Below are positions 9,174-15,240 of a stretch of DNA of 24,637 nucleotides, one piece after another. Numbering within the stretch: the stretch's first letter is position 1; every line of letters begins with the position of its first letter. This DNA comes from a virus: the UHGV virus genome UHGV-0173695. One strand, written 5' to 3'. The notes below the pieces were generated by a model. It was not told the DNA's origin. It saw only the letters and a program-made list of their open reading frames with translations, and made no database searches. Made by a program: the position numbers and the translations under genes.

Positions 9174-9327
9174 AGTTTTTGCCCCTCTGACTGGTTCTTC
9201 AGTCATGATGGCAAAGCGTAACAGGCTGATACAAAGGGCTTTTGTTGTAAGAAAACGGCCAGAACAGGGGATTAAGGAGAACGGTTTCGCGCGCGGGTAA
9301 TCTTCCTGTAATTACTCAGGGGGAGCA
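9174..9327. promoter_or_regulatory. Divergent late promoter region (P_O leftward, P_P rightward), expected target of an Ogr-type late activator
   Basis: 154-bp non-coding gap between divergently transcribed O and P, the position of the P2 late promoters; I could not pin exact -10/-35 or activator half-sites by eye. Confidence 0.4.
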
Positions 9328-11079
9328 ATGATTCAGGACGCTTTTGTGCGCCAGCGTGCGCGGCAACTTTACTGGCAGGGTTATCCGCCCGCAGAAATAT
9401 CACGTCTGATGGGAATAAACCCGAACACGATTTATGCGTGGAAAAAACGTGACCAGTGGGATGAAACGCCACCCGTGCAGCGTGTCACGCAGTCCATCGA
9501 TGCGCGCCTCATCCAGCTTACTGAAAAACAGAATAAAACAGGCGGTGACTTTAAGGAAATAGACCTGCTGACCCGGCAGCTTAAAAAACTGCATGATGGC
9601 CAGCCGGATGCGACGGTCACAGGAAAGAAAGGCCGGGCGAAAAAACTCAAAAATCATTTCACGCCGGAACAGATTGCCGCACTGCGGGAAAAAATCATCA
9701 GCAGGCTGGAGTGGCATCAGCGGGGCTGGTTTGACTCCCTGACCCTTTGCAGGGAAGCCGGGATACGTAACAGGATGATCCTGAAATCCCGACAGATTGG
9801 GGCGACCTGGTATTTTGCACAGGAAGCGCTGCTGATGGCGCTGCGTGACGATGTGGCGCAACCTTACCAGCGTAACCAGATTTTTTTGTCTGCGTCGCGT
9901 CGTCAGGCGTTCCAGTTTAAAAGCATTATTCAGAAGGCCGCGGCTGAAGTTGATGTGGAGCTGAAAGGGGGCGATAAAATCATCCTCTCCAACGGCGCAG
10001 AGCTGCATTTTCTCGGCACTTCTGCTGCGTCGGCACAGTCCTATACGGGCAATTTTTATTTTGATGAATTTTTCTGGGTCAGTCGCTTTGCTGAACTGCG
10101 CAAGGTGGCTGGCGCTATGGCAACCCTCAGCGGACTGCGGCGCACCTACTTCTCCACGCCATCCACCGAAACGCACGAGGCATACGCCTACTGGAACGGC
10201 GACCGCTGGAACGAGAAAAAGGCCTCGCATAAACGCCAGCGTTTTTCTGTGGACTGGAAAACGCTGCATAACGGGCTTATCTGCCCTGACCGGACGTGGC
10301 GGCAAATTGTCACGCTGGAAGATGTGGTTAATCACGGCTGGAAACACACCGATATTGACGAAATCCGTGATGAAAACACCGAAGACGAGTTCCTCAATCT
10401 CTATATGTGTGAGTTTGTTCGCGAAGGGGAATCGGCATTTAACCTGAATATCCTGATTGGCTGCGGTGTTGACGGATACGACGACTGGAAAGACTGGAAA
10501 CCTTTTGCTCCCCGCCCGATGGGGAATCGTCCGGTATGGATTGGGTATGACGCAAACGGCAGCAGTGGCAACGGCGACAGCGGCGCTGTGTCCGTGGTGG
10601 TTCCTCCGGCTGTTCCTGGTGGCCGTTTTCGAACGGTGGAGACGCGACGCGTTCAGGGGCTGGAGTTTGAAGAACAGGCCAGAGTCATTGAAGAGTTCAC
10701 GTATCGCTACAACGTGGAACACATCGGCATTGATGTGACGGGCGGGAACGGGGAGGCTGTTTATCAGATAGTGAAACGGTTTTTCCCTGCTGCTATTCCG
10801 TACACCTTCACGCTGTCATCAAAACGGTCGCTGGTACTGAAAATGCTGCAAATAATGCGTGCCGGGCGGTGGGAATACGATCGCGCCGAACGCGAGCTGG
10901 TCGCGGCCTTTAACGCCGTGCGTAAGGTGAAAACACCGGGCGGCTTTATCACTTACGAAACGGACCGCGCGAGGGGGATCAGCCACGGCGACCTTGCGTG
11001 GGCAACCATGCTTGCTGTCATTAACGAACCGATTGGCGGCGAAGGAGAAAACGAGCGTTTCACGGTTATGGAGTTCTGA
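9328..11079 (+). CDS. P: Terminase large (ATPase) subunit P
   Basis: 583 aa; begins MIQDAFVRQRARQLYWQGYPPAEISRLMG with an N-terminal HTH as in P2 gpP; stop overlaps the Q start (TGATG). Confidence 0.95.
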   Translation: MIQDAFVRQRARQLYWQGYPPAEISRLMGINPNTIYAWKKRDQWDETPPVQRVTQSIDARLIQLTEKQNKTGGDFKEIDLLTRQLKKLHDGQPDATVTGKKGRAKKLKNHFTPEQIAALREKIISRLEWHQRGWFDSLTLCREAGIRNRMILKSRQIGATWYFAQEALLMALRDDVAQPYQRNQIFLSASRRQAFQFKSIIQKAAAEVDVELKGGDKIILSNGAELHFLGTSAASAQSYTGNFYFDEFFWVSRFAELRKVAGAMATLSGLRRTYFSTPSTETHEAYAYWNGDRWNEKKASHKRQRFSVDWKTLHNGLICPDRTWRQIVTLEDVVNHGWKHTDIDEIRDENTEDEFLNLYMCEFVREGESAFNLNILIGCGVDGYDDWKDWKPFAPRPMGNRPVWIGYDANGSSGNGDSGAVSVVVPPAVPGGRFRTVETRRVQGLEFEEQARVIEEFTYRYNVEHIGIDVTGGNGEAVYQIVKRFFPAAIPYTFTLSSKRSLVLKMLQIMRAGRWEYDRAERELVAAFNAVRKVKTPGGFITYETDRARGISHGDLAWATMLAVINEPIGGEGENERFTVMEF

Positions 11080-12125
11080 TGAGCAGAAAAAATAAAAAAG
11101 TGCGCATGAGTTCACGCATTGATCTCGCTGATGCGCTCAGGAAAGAATCGTCGCTCAGTGCATTCACATTTGATGGTCCTTATCGCCTGACCGGGCATGA
11201 TTTGCTGGACAATATGTACTGTGCTGATAACGGGCGGTGGTATGAAACCCCGGTGGACTGGTACGGTCTGGCAAGAGCTGCCCGGCAAACGTCCTGGCAT
11301 CAGTCTGCGCTTTACTTTAAGCGCAATGTATTGCTCGGTTGCTATATTCCGCACCCGCTGCTTTCCCGGCAGGATTTCTCGGCGCTGGCGCTGGACTGGT
11401 TTGTGTTCGGTAACGCATTCCTTGAGCTTCGAAGCAATATGCTCGGCGAACCGCTTAAATTACGGCACGCCCTGGCGAAATACATGCGACGCGGAAGCGA
11501 TCTTGAATCATGGTGGTATGTGCAGGATGGCAAGGACGCGTTTCAGTTTCGCCCTGGCAAAGTGTGCCACCTGATGAATCCGGATATTAACCAGGAAATC
11601 TACGGCATGCCGGAATATCTCGGCGCATTACTCTCGGCCAGCCTGTCTCATTCGGCGGACATGTTCAGAAAACTGTATTACGACAACGGATCCCACGCCG
11701 GGTGCATCATCTACATCGGTGCAGCGCAGGTAAACCGCGAAAGCATGGACTCCCTGAAAGAAACGTTACAGGGTGCGCGTGGTGGTGGTGCATTTAAAAA
11801 CGTGCTCATTCATGCGCCCAACGGTGGCAAAGAAGGTGTGCAAATTTTGCCGTTCCAGCAGATCACAGCAAAGGATGAGTTCATGAATGTTAAGGCGGCA
11901 TCCCGTGATGATGTGCTGGCTGCGCACCGCGTTCCGCCGCAACTGATGGGGGCGATGCCGGGTGAAAAAAGTGCGTTTGGTGATGTGGAGAAGGCCGCGC
12001 GGGTTTACGCAATTAACGAGCTGATGCCCGTCATGGAGGCCATGAAGCACATCAATGACTGGCTTGGCGAAGAGGTGATCCGCTTTAACCCTTACGCACT
12101 GTTAGATACCCAGCCCACATCCTGA
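11079..12125 (+). CDS. Q: Portal protein Q
   Basis: 348 aa, size as P2 gpQ; immediately follows P; followed by a hairpin and the non-coding cos-proximal region. Confidence 0.9.
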   Translation: MSRKNKKVRMSSRIDLADALRKESSLSAFTFDGPYRLTGHDLLDNMYCADNGRWYETPVDWYGLARAARQTSWHQSALYFKRNVLLGCYIPHPLLSRQDFSALALDWFVFGNAFLELRSNMLGEPLKLRHALAKYMRRGSDLESWWYVQDGKDAFQFRPGKVCHLMNPDINQEIYGMPEYLGALLSASLSHSADMFRKLYYDNGSHAGCIIYIGAAQVNRESMDSLKETLQGARGGGAFKNVLIHAPNGGKEGVQILPFQQITAKDEFMNVKAASRDDVLAAHRVPPQLMGAMPGEKSAFGDVEKAARVYAINELMPVMEAMKHINDWLGEEVIRFNPYALLDTQPTS

Positions 12126-12152
12126 CGCGCTTCGCTTGTCTGCTGCTTCGCC

Positions 12153-12175
12153 GGGGCATAAAAAATTTATGCCCC
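12153..12175 (+). terminator. Hairpin downstream of Q (GGGGCATAAA-aaa-TTTATGCCCC); weak terminator candidate
   Basis: Perfect 10-bp inverted repeat 28 bp after the Q stop; no clear T-tract follows, so its function as an intrinsic terminator is uncertain. Confidence 0.35.
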
Positions 12176-12549
12176 GACTCTCCAGCTCCTGTATCAATCA
12201 GATAATTTCACGACGCCTTCCAGTTTATCGCCACCATCGACGGTCAGACTCTTACGCAATCCTACCGCGTTGACTGTATGTTCTCGCCGCCTCAGTGCGA
12301 TTTTGACGGCCTTACCTTTCCCCCCATCAAATCAAAAGCCCTCACATCTTTTTCACGCTCAGCGTGAGAAATATGGCCATTCTGTTGTGTCGCTGCGACA
12401 TCGCTCAGGGAATGCTATTTACCCCCTGAAACGCGGGCTGTTCCCCCGTCACCTGCGCGCAGAAAAAACGCGTTTTTTTGTGCACGCACGGATCCTTGAC
12501 GGATCCAGCCGCCACGCGGGCCGGAAGGGCAAAAAGTCGTTCAAAAAAA

Positions 12550-12576
12550 TTGTGCAAGTTTGTGCACTATTGTGCA
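12550..12576. repeat. Three direct repeats of TTGTGCA phased exactly 10 bp apart
   Basis: aTTGTGCAagtTTGTGCActaTTGTGCAg read directly from the sequence (copies at 12550, 12560, 12570). Confidence 0.6.
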
Positions 12577-12872
12577 GTTTGAAAATGAGCATATATTTAA
12601 CACGCGCGTTAGCTTGAGTTGACTAAAAATTTCAGTGGATTGGGCGAGGTGAAACTATAAACGCAAAATCCCAGTGACTAGCTAACAACAATCCCAGAGT
12701 GTGTTTGAATCTGGAGGGGTTAATATGAAAGATTGTTTGACAAATTTGATGTTTTCTAAATGCGTTAACCACTATGAGGCGGAGAGTGCATCTCCGCCTT
12801 TGTATGTGCGTCGGGCATGGCACGCTCGTTTCGTTTGTGCGCCCGTTCAGGGTTTCATTCTCTGATATTCAG

Positions 12873-13160
12873 TCAGCGTGGATAAATTAACTTGAATTTG
12901 AGGAAGTTTTGTTTAATCCAGTCTTTAACATTTTCCCTTCCCTGAATACCTGATGGTAAGTGTTCGTGAATCATCCATTCGACAATGAGTTTCTCTTTCA
13001 GGGAGTATGCCTTAAAGGAATTAAGCATATTTAGTACTTCATAACCCTCTTTGCGGCTAAACCGATGGCGGTCAGCAGCGGTTTTCGTGGGATCATCTCC
13101 TGGCAAAGCAGTCCAACTGTAATCGTCATAAAATAAATCGCTTCTTTTAATATCGGTCAT
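12873..13160 (-). CDS. Hypothetical protein, 95 aa, AT-rich; cargo gene at the tin/old position
   Basis: Complete ORF; weak Shine-Dalgarno (AAGGA) upstream; a stem-loop (CCACCTC...GAGGTGG) lies in the 66-bp gap from the upstream gene; no family recognised. Confidence 0.45.
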   Translation of the reverse strand: MTDIKRSDLFYDDYSWTALPGDDPTKTAADRHRFSRKEGYEVLNMLNSFKAYSLKEKLIVEWMIHEHLPSGIQGRENVKDWIKQNFLKFKLIYPR

Positions 13161-13226
13161 TTGATTATCCTTTTCAGAAGAACCACCTCTCCAACTATTG
13201 TTGAGGTGGTGAAAAAGCAGAAATCG

Positions 13227-13505
13227 TTATGCAGCTTTGAGCAGTGCGCTGCTCATTGCATAGTCGTACCCAAGCATGTATGCCTCAAAGGCGTCTTTAT
13301 GTCTGACTGTGCCAGCCTGGCTATATGGAATATTTGCCAGGAAGGAATCATCTTTAGCTTTAGGAATACCGATCATTGCGTGAAGTACACCAAGCTCGTA
13401 TGCGCAGGCAGCGCAGCGGTGGCGGCCTGTCTGTCCCTGGTTATCGGGAAGGTGTGAGTATTGGGGGTTGTATCGGTGGGAGTTTTTACAAATCTTTATA
13501 CCCAT
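13227..13505 (-). CDS. Hypothetical protein, 92 aa; cargo gene at the tin/old position
   Basis: Complete ORF with GAGGT about 9 nt upstream of the ATG; no family recognised; the overlapping plus-strand ORFs look less protein-like. Confidence 0.45.
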   Translation of the reverse strand: MGIKICKNSHRYNPQYSHLPDNQGQTGRHRCAACAYELGVLHAMIGIPKAKDDSFLANIPYSQAGTVRHKDAFEAYMLGYDYAMSSALLKAA

Positions 13506-13611
13506 ATTTGATTTACCTCAATAAAATGAGGTGTTCACCTTTACATGGGCACACGCAGAAAATACGATTCCGGCGAGCTCAAGAGGTAGATGACACCTCG
13601 ATTTCTTTGGC

Positions 13612-13642
13612 GCCCCAATAGTTACCGCTATTGGGGCGTTTT
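13612..13642 (+). terminator. Rho-independent terminator-like hairpin (plus strand)
   Basis: Perfect 10-bp stem GCCCCAATAG / CTATTGGGGC with loop ttaccg, followed by GTTTT. Confidence 0.5.
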
Positions 13643-13784
13643 CCTATGCATGACACACAAACAAAGTGGTCATATCGTGATCGATCCTACAAAATCCCAT
13701 ACAACTGTCAAGGGTATTGATCGTTTTAATCGATAGATAAATCAATATCTATCTGTTTAACAGATCGATTATTAGGGTAAACAT

Positions 13785-13807
13785 GAAAAAACACCCGTGA
13801 AGGGTGT
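13785..13807 (-). terminator. Rho-independent terminator downstream of the parR-like gene (minus strand)
   Basis: Minus-strand hairpin ACACCC-ttca-CGGGTGT followed by a T-run (plus strand AAAAAACACCCGTGAAGGGTGT), 8 bp after the ParR stop. Confidence 0.55.
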
Positions 13808-13814
13808 TTGTAGG

Positions 13815-14129
13815 TTATTCTGGGAAAAACTCCTGAATGTTCCTTTTTAACTGGCTCTTACTGTGACTGTTTTCTGTTGCAGATGTGCCAGTATGCTTGT
13901 TTCGGATGTTATTTCTTGGTGGTATTGCTTCCTCTTCCTGCCATTCAGCCAGCCAGTAAGCAAAGGCGGGATCGCTTTTAATAAGCGCCAGTCCAGCCAG
14001 AAATGCCGCGCGTTGCGCGCGGCTGCGTTCGGAGGCTGGCAGGCTGTCGAGATAATTACACGCTTCTCGTTCACTCTTGACGGCTGCTGGCTTCAGATAG
14101 AAACTTATCCGTCTGGTTGGAGTCGTCAT
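13815..14129 (-). CDS. parR: ParR-like centromere-binding protein (ribbon-helix-helix, type II partition)
   Basis: Internal start MTTPTRRISFYLKP...NYLDSLPASERSRAQRAAFLAGLALIKSDP closely resembles plasmid R1 ParR as I recall it; AGGAG Shine-Dalgarno 7 nt upstream; start 5 bp after the ParM stop. Track ORF 13815..14264 has an N-terminal extension overlapping parM. Confidence 0.75.
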   Translation of the reverse strand: MTTPTRRISFYLKPAAVKSEREACNYLDSLPASERSRAQRAAFLAGLALIKSDPAFAYWLAEWQEEEAIPPRNNIRNKHTGTSATENSHSKSQLKRNIQEFFPE

Positions 14130-14133
14130 TGGT

Positions 14134-15093
14134 TTACTCCTTGTCCATTGCGTACAGCCCATTAACCAGAGCAAACTGTGGCACCCCGTCCGCGATGAAA
14201 GTCGCATTAACTCCGCAGGCTTCGCGGATAGCGGGTGCCACAATCTCCGCCCCGCCACCGACAACCATCACCCGCCCGTAACCCGAAAACCCCGCCAGCG
14301 CGCGGATCACTCGTTGTTTCAGTGTTTCTTCCTTTTCACGAATAACCGCCATCAGGCTGGCGTAATGCGCGTCATTGTGGATGTGCTGGCGCAACCAGGC
14401 TTCATCATGGCGATGTTCGATAATGGTATTGGCGATGTGGTGACTGGTGCGCATACCGTTAGTGGCCATCACCGACAGTACGGCATCGGCCATCAGAGAA
14501 ACGCCTACGTGTGGATCGCAAAACACCTGGCTGATACCTGCCAGTTGCCCCTGAACCTTTGCCACATCCAGCGTGGTTCCGCCCAAATCCACAATCAGCA
14601 GGGATTCAAACGGACTCATGTCAGCCAGTGCCTTAAAGCCAGCCGGAATGGATTCAGGCATAACCCGCACGTTACGGATAGTGAATGCTTCGCCGTTCTG
14701 GTACTCCACCGGGCGCATAACGTTCGCTTTTTTGCGGTTGATGTTGGCCATGTCCGGCTGTGCGTTTGTGTCGAAATATTCGCTCAGTGGCAGGGTGACA
14801 ACCACATCCACTTCCTGTGGTGTGATGCCTGATTTGACCAGCGCGTGATGAATGGCAATGACATTCACATCGCTGTACTGGTATTGCGTGTCGGTCGTCT
14901 GGACAAAGCGATCGCTGACCGGATCAAAACCATAGCGCACGCCATCAAGCATGTAGTTCGCGGGCTGCGTGCCACCGAACGGCGCAGACCATTCCGACTT
15001 GAAGCTGTTTGGGCTGATGGCGTTGCGGCGTTCGCCGTTCTCAGTCCATGCCAGCTTGATGTTGGTGGAGCCGTCATCGATACAAATTTTCAT
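14134..15093 (-). CDS. parM: ParM/StbA-family actin-like ATPase (type II partition motor)
   Basis: 319 aa; N-terminus MKICIDDGSTNIKLAW (R1 ParM begins MLVFIDDGSTNIKLQW as I recall); further matches ISPNSFK, YSDVNVIAIHHAL, DLGGTTLD, VMVVGGGAE. Confidence 0.9.
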   Translation of the reverse strand: MKICIDDGSTNIKLAWTENGERRNAISPNSFKSEWSAPFGGTQPANYMLDGVRYGFDPVSDRFVQTTDTQYQYSDVNVIAIHHALVKSGITPQEVDVVVTLPLSEYFDTNAQPDMANINRKKANVMRPVEYQNGEAFTIRNVRVMPESIPAGFKALADMSPFESLLIVDLGGTTLDVAKVQGQLAGISQVFCDPHVGVSLMADAVLSVMATNGMRTSHHIANTIIEHRHDEAWLRQHIHNDAHYASLMAVIREKEETLKQRVIRALAGFSGYGRVMVVGGGAEIVAPAIREACGVNATFIADGVPQFALVNGLYAMDKE

Positions 15094-15120
15094 GTCGCTT
15101 TTCCTTATGTTGATTAATTA

Positions 15121-15240
15121 ATCGTTTACGGGATTCTGAAATCCCGTTTTTGCCTGTTTTATGCGCGCTTCATATATCGCGGCGCGTTTTTTGCTCATTT
15201 ACGGGATTTGTGAATCCCGTTTCTGTCTGTTTTTTGTTTC
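15121..15240. repeat. parC-like region: two imperfect direct repeats of about 36 bp, each with the palindrome ACGGGATT-N4-AATCCCGT, upstream of parM
   Basis: Palindromes at 15128-15147 and 15201-15220, 73 bp apart, each followed by a T-rich tail (TTTTTGCCTGTTTT / TTTCTGTCTGTTTT). The first lies between the A stop and the parM start; the second lies within the last codons of A. Confidence 0.5.

Larger units (their letters stand above)
12126..12700. other. Non-coding region where the cos (cohesive end) site is expected by synteny
   Basis: In P2 the 3' end of Q lies a short distance from cos. The region has several palindromes and direct repeats and a G-rich motif (minus-strand GGGGGGAAAGG near 12315-12330) partly resembling the GGGGAAAG core of the P2/186 cohesive ends; no exact 19-nt match was found. 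Confidence 0.3.

Noticed and set aside
9400-10722. 440-aa minus-strand ORF antisense to the terminase gene P
   Set aside because: The plus-strand frame carries clear terminase ATPase homology and fits operon structure; the antisense product is low-complexity and Arg/Pro-rich, typical of a spurious ORF in GC-rich DNA.
12270-12617. 115-aa plus-strand ORF across the cos-proximal region
   Set aside because: Spans a repeat- and palindrome-rich non-coding region, has no ribosome-binding site, and gives a Pro/Arg/Ser-rich low-complexity product.
15121-15240. Reading the ACGGGATT-N4-AATCCCGT palindromes as plus-strand intrinsic terminators
   Set aside because: Each is followed by T-runs on the plus strand, but no plus-strand gene is transcribed into them. 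Their duplication and position upstream of parM fit ParR-binding centromere/operator sites better; the terminator reading is not fully excluded.
12126-15240. CRISPR array or IS element in the repeat-containing cargo region
   Set aside because: Repeats are few (two or three copies), short and irregularly spaced relative to CRISPR architecture; no transposase ORF or terminal inverted repeats seen.
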